Source: Paragordius varius (taxonomy: Eukaryota > Animalia > Nematomorpha). Taken from it: 64,000 nucleotides of DNA. Shown here piece by piece: positions 50,251 to 62,400 of the stretch. The stretch lies in the NCBI GenBank assembly GCA_964247055.1, contig OZ176050.1, positions 5,642,001-5,706,000 on the forward strand, written 5' to 3'. The notes under the pieces are model-generated. The model was not told the DNA's origin. It searched no databases and saw only the letters and a program-made list of their open reading frames with translations. Position 1 is the first letter of the stretch, and every line of letters starts with the position of its first letter. The position numbers and the translations under genes were made by a program.

Positions 50251-53200
50251 ATGAGTCGATCCCTTTCCAAATATTATACTGAAAAAGTAGGAAAGAAAGC
50301 TGTTCCATATGAATCAAATCGAATACTTCGCAATGCTATCAAAACAGCAAATTTGTCTAAAAATGCAAGAAATATTTATTCATCGCCAAAATTAGATAAA
50401 TTTAAAGAGGAATGGAATGCAAACCTTGAAGAATTTAGCGATATTCAAGTTAATAATTCTATGGATAAAAAAGCAAAAAAGTACACAACTAGAAGAGAAA
50501 GTTTGCGGTTAAAAGGTAGTACAGGCAACACTGTTAAATCGTCCAAAATATTTGAAGATATTAATCAATCATTGGAATTACAATGCTCAAATATTAATCA
50601 CTTCAAAAAAATTACCGATCACAATTCTATAAACAAGAATATTGACAATGTTAGTTTAAATACTACCACATCATATCTACCCAGCGTAGCTCAATTAAAC
50701 TCTTATACTAACCGTAAAAGCCCAAGTAAAATGGAAATTAGCGATAGCGCTGACACCAACCATTATAATAAATTAGTAAATGAATATTGTAATACTTTAC
50801 TTTTACATTTATACGAATATGCACAGGACCAAAAGTATAACCAGTTACATAAAATGCATAATAAGCCTGTGCCAAAACAGGAATCTAAATGTTATCGTAA
50901 AAAATTGAATCCGCCAATCAAAGACAGTATTGATTTACCAAGAAAAAAATACGTAAAGATTGAATTACAACAAAATGAGACGCAGGACGAAAAAAATGAA
51001 ATTAAATATTATATGTTGGGTAAACCACCACAATCCAATGAACTCAAACCTGGGTTAAGAAATTGTTTGTTCCCAAATTGTGATTCCAAAGGTATTGTTT
51101 TATATTACATATTTCCTTTTGAAATACAGAAACCGTCCAATTTTAATTATTTATGAGACCTATTTTTTTGGACGGGGAAATATTATCTAATGATTTGGGC
51201 ACGTTACACTTCAGAAGTATATTATCATTAATATATTTTTGGGTTTCGTAAGCCAGCCAGTTATTTTTTAATTCTCTATAGCTATACTAATATAACTTTC
51301 TTATTGGTTATATTGTTTGTATGTGTTTTGACTTTTTACCAAAACTAAATTAATCAATTTTAAATGACTTTTTCCAGAGAATAAATATAACATTCATGAC
51401 AATTATTTATTTAAGAGTTTATGTAACTTCTATAACAATACTTGGGTCTTGTAATTGCATTGAATTTATTAAACCCGTTTAAACTTGCTGTTTAAATAAA
51501 AAATACTGTCATGGATCATAAATTCAACAAGCACATTTTAATGTTCTCAATTCTTCTCCATTTTAAATTTAAAGAATAATTTTACTGAATATTTTATATT
51601 TTATACTATTTAATATTTTGATTCAAATTCACCCTCGAACACTTCTAATTAATCCTTTAAATTCACCCTAAAAATAAATTATGTGTTTTCGGGCTAATAT
51701 AACTCATCGTTAATAAGAAATATATTCTTAATGGCATAGTTTATTAATTTTTCAGTATGATAATAATTTTAAACGTAATTTCATTTTTAAAAAATAAAAA
51801 AAATATAGGTAATTTTTTAATGTTTAAAAATACATGGTGAATTTGAATTGTTCGAGAATAAATTTGAATTGTTCAAAGGTAAATTTAATATTTTGATTTT
51901 TGCTAAATGTTAGGCCATTTAAGTGGTTTGTATGATCATCATTACACGTTTGGGGCTTGTCCAATGTTTCACAATACAACTGCACAAGCTTGTACATTGC
52001 GTTGGAAGTATCGTATTATGCCTTTACTTGCCATTCTCACATCTTCCACACCTTATGAGAAAATAGATAAGGTAAATTTTAATTCATATTTTTGGATTTT
52101 CGTTTTCTGTTTTCTGTTTTTCAAAATCGGTTTTAATTGAAAAAGTAAACATTGGATTTACTTTAAATTAAAGTTAATTTGTTTTTATATCAACATATAC
52201 TTTTGTTTATATCTATCAATTTTACATTATAGAATTTTGGATTTACGATTTTGTGAAGAGAATTTTATAGTTCTTTTTTTCTAGAGCTTAGAAAATTCTA
52301 ATCTATCGAAAAAAATTGATTCACGCCTCCATCAATTATCTTCACCTAATGTATACGGACCCAATATAAAGAATCTCCTAGGCTCTATGAAGATACCCAT
52401 GTTTGACCAAACTTATGGAAATTTGAGTGCGGAAAAATTGGCAGAAATATCAGAAACATTTTTGAAGTGTTTGACTGATCAATCACCATTTGCAGATGAG
52501 GATAAAACACGGATTAGTTATACATCCCCCTCAAGTAAAATGAAAGAAAATCATCATACGATGACAGACAAGTTTTCTGATACATTGTATAAGCATCCTT
52601 TCACTCAAATCTATTTGGATACTCGAGCCATTGTAGCGGCAATAAAAGTAAATTTATTTAGTTTATTCTCTTTCTTAGATTATATTAGTATTGATAGTAT
52701 GTATATTTAATATATATGAAACAGTAAAATGAAATGCATATATAGGTTTGGATCAGGGGTGTCCAACACATATGTCTTCGCGGGCCGCATTTTTGGATCA
52801 AAAATTTCGACAGGCCGCATCTAAAATATATATATATATATGGGCATTCATAAATAATATATTTGATTTCAAACATAATACTGCGAAATGAAATCGGAAT
52901 GTAACATTTTTTTTTATTCTTGCTATTTGATATAGACTTTGGAAAAAAATGTCTATTAATTATCAATGTTATTAAGATTTTAAGGTGTTTTTGCAAATTA
53001 TGATTTCGCGGGCCGGGTGTTGGTGGTTTAGATATTCATTTACTCCTATTCACGATACCATATATAAATATAGGATAAATAATGTGTATATTTATAAAAA
53101 CATATAAAGTATGTATCAAGCTCTAAAGTTCATATATTTTTAAATAGTTTGCCGACCCAAAAGGTCCTTTCCTTCAATTCCTAGGCAAACATATTCACCC

Positions 53201-55497
53201 TTGCATTATGAATAATTTTTAATATGAATAATAATTTTTTATTCTATTAATATGACAGTAAGCACTTTTTAGCCTTTTTTAGATTTATTATTATTTTAGT
53301 TTATTTTTTCTTCGCATTTTTTATAACCGTTATATGAATTATATATGTTAAATTAATATGTCAGAACGGGATGCGGTTAAAAAATTGATTGTTTATTTAG
53401 CCCTAAACAAGCCCTCAGAAATTCAAAACTTCTATTTCTACTACATTAAACATTAGATTTGATTATTGGAACTTACCTTAAATTCTACCCAAAAATTATA
53501 ATACATTTTTCTAAAAAACGTTTTTAGGAAAGTGATCTAGAACCTTTTGCACCACCTTTTGCAGTTAAACGTTTGATATTTGGGGATTCGTGGTGTATTG
53601 AAGGTTGGTACCCATCTCCGTTTCCACTCAACCGTTTTGGACGCTCTGATACCATTTATTTTTGTGCGTTCTGCCTTTATTTCACGGAAAATGACATAGC
53701 TCACATTAGGCATTTGGTAATGAAATGTTTTTATAAAAAGGGCTAAATTATGCAGTGATGAATTCTTGTATAAATGTATTATAACATAAATATATAACAT
53801 CATACTTATATATATACAGTATCCACTTTATTGTTAATTCACATATTTTTTGCCAATATGTAATGCAGTTATAGGTAAAAGACAACAAATTTTGAATTAA
53901 ACAATTTCCTATCTTACAACATTATTTTTTAATTATGGACAATACCATACGCTATAATATTTCTAAGCTTTTTACCGCAGGGCACGGCTATATTACTTGG
54001 GTGCACACGCATCAAAATTATATATGTATTATATTTAACTTTTGATTTAAATGCAATTACGAAATAAATGAATAATTTCATTAAATTGGAAAAAATTTTT
54101 ATATTTTAACCTACTAATTAGTATGTTTTATATGCTTTCACTTTGATAATTTATTTTTTTACCCATATATATTTATATGTAGTCCAAATGTCCCATTACA
54201 TTCCCTCCGGGCGAGGAAATATATCGGGAAGGACCCATTTCCATTTTTGAAGTGGATGGAAGGACACAAACTTTTTATTGTCGCAATCTTTGCCTCCTCT
54301 CCAAACTGTTTATGGAGAGTAAAACTTTGTGTTACGAAGTCCAGCATTTTTGGTTTTATGTCATGACATTGGCTGATTGTTATGGCCGTTGTCATTTAAT
54401 CGGTTATTTCTCAAAGGTTGGTTTTTTTGGATTTAGTTAAATTTCTAAAATTTTACATTTTTTTATTTAATTTTTTTGCAAAATTCATATATTTATTCGC
54501 TAGGAGAAACAAAATTTCCAAAAAAACACAGTATCATGCCTCCTTATATTGCCACATTTCATGAGGAAAGGTTATGGTTGGAAACTCATAGATTTCAGTA
54601 TATTTAATTTTTTCCCCTATTATTTCCTGGAATATGAAACCATAACAAAAAACATTTTTATTTGCATTTTTAGGTTATTTGTTAGCACGAATCGAAGATA
54701 AAATTGGGTCACCAGAGCGCCCTTTATCAGATCATGGATTAATCACTTATAGAAGTTATTGGAATTCAATTATATTACATTACATGGATGTTTTGCATAA
54801 TAAAAAATCACCGGGACACGAAGATGACAAAATTTCCATCAAAGGTTACATAAACAATGGTTTTTTAGCCCAAATAATTTATATGACAACGAGATTATAG
54901 ATATTTATTAAAAGCTTATCTATTTTTTATTATGTAAGTTCTACCATAATTTTTTAAAATCATAAGTGGGTGTGTAATTAATCTATACTTTATGTTTTTT
55001 TATTAAAAGTTGTTATATTATTTCCAGATATGAGTCAAGAAACCGGTGTCCATCCAGATGATATAATTAGCACTATGCAATATTATCGTTTACTCAAATC
55101 TTGGCGTGGAAATCACATTATACTTAAAAAGGTTCAGCTAATTTATTATTATTTACAATTTGGTTTAATTGATATTTTAAATAGGGCAAAATTCAATATT
55201 TTTTCACGCATAATAACAATAATATTGAATGATATATAATTAAAAATATTTTTATAAAAATTTAGATTTTAATGCTATGTTAATTAATATAGGTTATTTT
55301 GAAATAATTTATTTTTTCTCACTGTAACTCAAAGGTTTGTTTTCCTTATTCATATGATTTTGATAATGCAAAATTCAATTTAAATATTTGTATTTTTTTA
55401 ACTAAAGGAATTAGATGCTTTGAAAGCCGTTACAAAACACTGGAAAACTTTACCAAGCAAAGTTGATGCCAAACATTTGCGATGGACACCACATTAA
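50251..55497 (+). CDS. KAT7: MYST-family histone acetyltransferase, KAT7/HBO1 (chameau)-type, ~747 aa
   Basis: 9 exons: 50251-51091, 51914-52071, 52285-52647, 53528-53716, 54183-54416, 54504-54597, 54674-54844, 55028-55131, 55408-55497 (2244 nt). KAT7-type CCHHC finger [26 protein letters not shown]; MYST domain WYPSPFP, CAFC...H...[31 protein letters not shown]-terminal LRWTP. Confidence 0.9.
51602..51888. mobile_element. Decayed MITE with 21-nt subterminal repeats (same family as 56853-57135)
   Basis: Starts TATACTATTTA...TTCAAATTCACCCTCGAAC; ends GGTGAATTTGAATTGTTCGAG repeats. The interior aligns with 56900-57060. Confidence 0.75.
52754..53025. mobile_element. hAT MITE with 8-bp TSD (KAT7 intron 3)
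   Basis: CAGGGGTGTCCAACAC...CGCGGGCCGC ... CGCGGGCCGGGTGTTGGTG, flanked by GTTTGGAT and GTTTAGAT (7/8 match). Confidence 0.8.
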
Positions 55498-56432
55498 AAG
55501 ATAATATATATATATATATAGATCCTTATGCCATATCAAATATATAATTATAATTAAAAATGTATTATAATATCTGAATAAATTAAAGTAATTGACATTC
55601 ATTTATTTTTCCGGGTCAAGTATAATTAAGTAATAATTAATATGAAAAAAACTTACCGGTTATACACATACACACAATTTTATTTCGGTTTATTTGATAA
55701 TTATATAAAATTAATGATGGCAGGTATATAATTATCTTTCATCACGTATTAATTGCAGAATAATTAATGTGTCATCCTAAAATGAAAGTGCTGCTTTTTT
55801 TGCAATTACGCAAAATTGCAAAAATGTGCTTTCGCTTTTTATGTATGCTCTTAGACAATCCTTTTTTTTATTAGTAAAGCAAAATGTTTAAAAATATGCT
55901 TACAACTTTCCTAAAAAGTGGGTCATTTCCAAACTTGGTCATGTATGCAAAAACAAGATAAAAATGACGAATAATTTATATTTAATGAGGAGTTGGCAAT
56001 CTTGTTGTAAGATTCAAGTCTTTTAATTTACCGTTTTTTAAGAATAAAAAGAAAAAATTCTCATTGTGTATTTTGAATACCATTTAAAATGATATTGTAC
56101 ACATTTTTATATGCTGTGTTGGTTGACACCTCGATTCCCCTTAAAAGTAGGTAAAATAGTTGAGTAAAAGAACACGTCTTCTGTTAATACGGATTTCATG
56201 CACACATTTTTATTTTGGTCTAATTAACAAACGACAAATTTATTATGTGGATGACTGAGATAGACCAATTATTTTTAAACTTTCTTCGTTTGTTACACCA
56301 ATAATTTATGGACTTGCGGTCGTTTTGTATAATATTCGCCTTTTTTATCATCATATTTTTACCCGATGAGGATTTAAATTAACTAACTCGATCGAACAAA
56401 CAAATCAAATTTCAATCATTTATTAGACTAAC

Positions 56433-59400
56433 ATGACATCATCTAATACAAAACAAAACAATCCCAAAAATATTCTTATTCGATCACAGGGTTTACTTAT
56501 TGGGTCAACACATTATGCGGATGAAAAACATTATTTATATAATTCTAATCATCGGTCAGTCTATAAACTAGCATTGTTTTCATTGTTCGTTTCGGGTATA
56601 TTATGTATTTTTCTAATTCCATTTTTCTATCTATTCCTCCGAGACCTAAATGTGAAACATAACGAAATGCTAAATGATTTACGTTATAAAATGGAACAAA
56701 AAGATACCACACTCTCTGCCATAACATTTCAGATTGTCGAATTACAAGTAACTCGCTTTAAAATCAAAATCTTATATTATTTTTTAAATGGGTGATTAAT
56801 GATGCCTAAGAAAAATAATATACAGTTTAGAGTCTTTTCATTACTTTTTATATACCATTTATAATTCACATTCACCCTCCAATTCAAATTCCCCTAAAAA
56901 TAAATTATGTTTTTTTGGGCAAACAGAAATCATCCTAAATAAGAATATTTTTACAGCATAGTTTATTATTTTTCAGCATTATATTAATTTTAAACTTTAT
57001 TTCATTTTTTTAAAATATTAAAAAATATAGGTAATATTTTTGAACTTAAAAAAACATAATTTATTTTAGGGTGAATTTGAATTGTTTGAGGGTGAATTTG
57101 AATTGTTCGAGGGTGAATTTGAACTGTAAATAGTATATTAAAGGTTAAGGACTAAAATTGTATTAAGGTTTTTGAAAGTTTTAACATTCGTCTGCCCAGG
57201 GCTAATTGACAGTGAAGTTGCGAAAATTGTATAATTATAAGTTTCGATCTCCGGGACTCCACAAACACAGTGGTAAGAGTCCGCCACCCTGCCTTCTATA
57301 CCACCCCACCTTAAATGGGCGATCGATGATGCTCAATAAAAAATAGTCAACATTTTCATAACTAAGAGTTTTTTTTCTTAACAAATAAAGAGCGGATACG
57401 CATTATATTTAAATGCCGATTGTCAAATTCATTAAATGGGTGCGATATATATGTGTGCTTTTTTCGATATTAATCATGTAATCTATACTTAATATGAATG
57501 GAATTTTCGATTATTTTTTAATTAATTTAACAAATAAAATTACTGACCATTAGAAACAATTAAATTCAAGCCAAATATTTTTGCCGCCTTCATCAAGCAA
57601 ACGATTATCACTTTTCAATAAAAAGACTGTCCGCATAAAGAGAGGCATATATGGCCGTCCTGTAAGCCCATACAACTATAAATCTGCTCGTAAGTTATCT
57701 CTAACTTTTTTAGTTTATTTTCATTAAGATACCACAATTTAAGCGTTTTGGGATAAAAAAAAATACATGATTGCTATTTTTATTTGTGTACTAGAGATTG
57801 TAAAAATGTTTATCATCATTATTTACATAAATGATAACTCTTTAAAATGGTCATTTCATATTATTCTTGACCTAATTTCATAAAAAAGTTTAAACAAATA
57901 AATTAGATCCGAAAATTCGAATCTAAATGACTTGAAACATGGTAATTTTAAAACAAAATAAAAATATGTTTTTTATTTGTTTTTAATTCGTTTCGGATTC
58001 CGATTGTTTTGTACCATAACCGGGATTTTAACCGTTTGGTCTTATAAAATTCCTGCCTTTTTTATAGTTATTTATTTTTTCATAAAGGGGTTTGAAAGAA
58101 AAAAATTTTTTTATTTAAACAAATTTATTGCTCTAATCAGGTCCAAAACTACTCTACAACCCGCGAGAAATTTCAAATACTAACTAACTTTTACGAAATC
58201 GAAGAAAAAATATTTTCTTAAACAAATAAATCTTCCGATTTTCATAGCATAGAATGTTAAAAAAATAGTCGTTTCTACAGTTTTAGGTCTAAAACCTAAT
58301 AAAATATTTGTTAATGCCCATATATTTTCCAAATGCGGCATTTGTGTTAGACACCCCGGGTTTAATAATCCTATGTTTGAGCGCTTTAAAATATTATTTA
58401 TTGAATTTTGATGGCTTGTAACTCTATATTAATCAATTAATTTTAGTAGACTTTTCGGTTTTCACATTGTTACACCAGATCATTTATAATTGAACCTCTA
58501 ATTTCTTATATTTTTAGGATTTCAATCATAACTTGCTTATAAATTAATACCATAAGCCGCAGAGTTAAGTAACTATTATTTGATTTGTAGGATTGAGAAA
58601 TAAACACAACCCAATTGCGATATACTCATATTTTAAGCCATATATATATATATATATATACTGTGTGCAAAAATTTTTTTAACAAAATAATTCTTTTTTC
58701 AGGAGATAGCTTATGACCAGCGTATTCATTTGCCGAAAATTTTTTATTTGTTAACGACCTAGTTTTTGAAATATTGAGAGAAAATTGAAATCGGGCAAAA
58801 AGTGAAAACTATGGTTATAATGATAATTCAAAAAATAATGATACAAATATTATCATTTTAGATGATATTTTCAATATATAAATAGCATACAATCATATAG
58901 TTAGTGTTTCTATAATATCTCAGCTCAAGATGGCATTTTTCATTTACCACACTTAAAAGTCAAAAAATTTTTATGAAACTATATGAAAATAATTTTTATA
59001 AATTATTTACTAGATAAATCACTATGAAATTCTTAACATTCATATTTTATTCAGTAAAAAAAACTTCTAAAAAATATTTTTTTATTTCATTTTTCTGTCA
59101 TATGGTTAATGAGTGTATAAAAAATTTATACTGTTTTATTTTGGATTCTTACATAAGTGGAAATAATAATTTAGGCAAAATAGGATTTAAAAGTAGTGGA
59201 AAATCAACCAAATATCCATACATATCCCAGTAAAAATATTTCTTTGTGTTAAAACAGACCTGCCGAAGGAATTTATACGGATTGGCTGATATTCCACTAC
59301 TTTTAAATCCTAGTTTGCACAAATTATATACTTTATAACTCCCACTAATGTAAGATTCCAAAATAAAACAGTATAAATTTTTTATACAGTCAATAAAACC

Positions 59401-62400
59401 AATATTTTTTGGTTTTATTTTGATATATAAGTTTTTTTACTGAATAAAGTATGAATGTTAAGATTTTAATAGTGAGTTTATCTAGTAAATAAATAAAAAA
59501 AATTATTTTAATATAGTTTCAAAAAAAAACTTTTTGTCTTTTAAGCGTGTTAAAAGGAAAACGCCATCTTTTGACCTAGATTTTATAGAAACCCTAACTA
59601 TATGATTTTAGGCTATTTTATATATTAAAAATCTCTCATAAAATGATTATAAACCATAATATCTCAAATATCATTATTTTTTGAATTATCCATAATTATA
59701 CTTAATTTTCAATATTTGCTCGATTTCGATTTTCTTTCAAAAACTAGGCCGTCAACAAATAAAAATTTTTACGGCAAATGAATTCGCTGCATAAGCTATC
59801 TCATGAAAAAAAATTTTTGTTAAAAAAAATTAACTTTCTTTTTTGCACACAGTATATACATATATATATATATATTTACCGTCAAAAATAATGGATAAAT
59901 AGTTTAAAACATTGCTTAAAATACCATGATACTATAATATCAACAATGCATGACTGATTTATCATTGTAAGCCATACATATCCCGTATCTAAGCATATAT
60001 TTACTACTGATTTAACAATTATTTGAAAATAAAAAAATGTTCCAATCTTTCCTCGAAATCGGTTTCCAACTGTTAGACAATGAGATTTGGTTCTGCCTGT
60101 TAAGGTAAAAATGATAATTTATAGGTTCTGTTAAACGTTTTATTTTTTAGACATAGTCAATTTGTTCCCGTTCTAAACCAGAGTAAATTTGAGAACATCA
60201 TGAAGCTAACCTTAATCAGAAAATTACATAACAATTATACTAAATCTTTCACATAAGTAATGTTAAAATGCTTTGAAGGTCCCCAACAGCAAAAATTTTG
60301 AAAAACTTAATTACACAAAAGTTTTTTGAATATAATATCAAAATTTGTGTTTAGTTGTGTGTCGAAAAAAATGCAAAGATGGCCCCATCGGTGACCCAGG
60401 TCAGCTAGGAATTCCCGGAATACCTGGAATTACAGGTCACCCCGGAACAGACGGCGAACCCGGGAAGCATGGTCAGGATGGCAAACCAGGGCTCTCCGGT
60501 TTAGATGGAAAACCCGTTTACATTTTAATATTATTTTATATAGTAAATTATCATTGGCGTTTAATTACTTTTTCTTTAAAATAATTAATTATTTTGTTGA
60601 TAACAACCAAACATTTTACAAATATTGTAATGGTAATTAACGGATTGATTATGTTTTGTAATAACAGTTGTTAAAATCCGTAATATAACGATCACATATC
60701 GTATATAATTTCTATTTATAATTTCATTTAATTCTATTTAATTATCCTTTATTGTTATATTACGGATTTTAACAACTGTTATTATTTTAGAAATATGTTG
60801 TTAAATGATATAATTTGTAAAATGAAACGCAAAAATTAAAATATATCAGGACAAATAGTATAAGATAAATTAAACGATTAGGATAGAATTCATATAATTA
60901 AAATATAAAGTATCATTTATAGTAAGTCATGCAGCAAAACAATTAATATAACCTAATGATTATAGAATAATCAAAAAATTTGTTAAAACACCAAAAACAT
61001 AATATTATCATATGTACAGGGACATGCAGGACCACCCGGGACCCCTGGTGTTCCCGGTAACGATGGGCAACCCGGATCCCCAGGAAATGCCGGTAAAAAT
61101 GGCAGATCTGGCAAAAATGGACTGGATGGATTCGATATAACAGAACCAGTTTGCTATAAATATATATATCAATTATTTAAAATTACTTATGTAGTTTTAA
61201 ATTTTTCATGGAAAAGGTAAAAAAAATTTTAAAATATACATTTATAAATTTTTTATTTTTATTTTATAAATAAGAGTAAAATAATATAAATTCTAAAAGT
61301 AGATATTTATAATTTGTATCAGACAAAAAATTTGAACCATATTTGGAATTTATTTCCATATTGAATTGTAAATTAACCAAATATAAGAACATTTAAACTT
61401 TTTAGGGCCTTCCCGGTGTACCAGGGAAACCGGGAAAGAAAGGACCTTCTGGATTTCCTGGTCGCGATGGCCAACCTGGATGGCCTGGGCAAAGAGGACG
61501 CGATGCTTTTCCTGGCACCATTGGATTGAGGGTTAATCTTTTTTTAGCTAGAATAACTAAATTCAGTATTGATTTATTACACTAGACAACAAATTTTAAC
61601 TTTTTTTAACTGCCATTCTTGTAAATTTAAAATTTATTTCATTAAAGTACATAATTAGTATATCTGAAAAGAAAATTGGTCTTACATGGAAGAATTTTTT
61701 TATATTGGAGTTTATCGATAATTTTTGGCCCCGATTTAACATTAAACTCGAAATTTCGAAAATTTAAAGTTTTAGATATGAAGCCATGTATTTTATATCA
61801 TTCGAAAGAGCACAAAAAACTGCATCTTTTAAATGGTAGTAAGTCATCTAAATCCATCGGATGTAAAAGTTATTTGGATTTAAATGGTCAAAATTTTCAA
61901 TCCTTAAATAAGTCAAGAATTTTCTCAGACAAACTAATTTGAAGATCATATAATTTATTTTAATATAATTATTAGGGTTATATTAGTATTTAATTTAAAA
62001 AAATGTTTGGAAAAGCTTTTGGTTTGCTTTTTTAATAAAAATTATTATTTTCATAAATATTTTACCTAGTGAATACTAAAATGCATAGTTATAACTGTAA
62101 ATTTATTACATGGCTATAAAAGATCAAAAATACCTTAAACTTTGTTTTTATCTTTAAATTTTCGAAATTATCAGCCTGGTAATGAAAATAAATTAATATT
62201 GATGAGAGGTAATTTTTAAAAAACAAAAAACTTAAAAATGGCTGTTTTGAGTGACATAAAAGCAATAAAAAATGTTTTAATCAAAAAAAACTTTCTTGTG
62301 TTATCTTTTTTGGACATTCATCTCCATCTAAACAAAGTTTGAGCTATTTTCATCCATTAGTTTTAAAAATATAATAATTAAAAATATGCTCTCGTATCGC

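Noticed and set aside
58518-58590. Candidate collagen exon (58518-58568) followed by a second 22-nt GT..AG (58569-58590)
   Set aside because: All three frames contain stops, so it cannot be coding without a sequence error; it is not counted as support for ultra-short introns.
60077-60104. TAA stop-codon reassignment or readthrough, suggested by TAA-containing pseudo-exons in the collagen region
   Set aside because: RPB2, UBE2L3, KAT7 and both SLC13 genes end with TAA at the expected positions and have no internal TAA; this segment is open in another frame.
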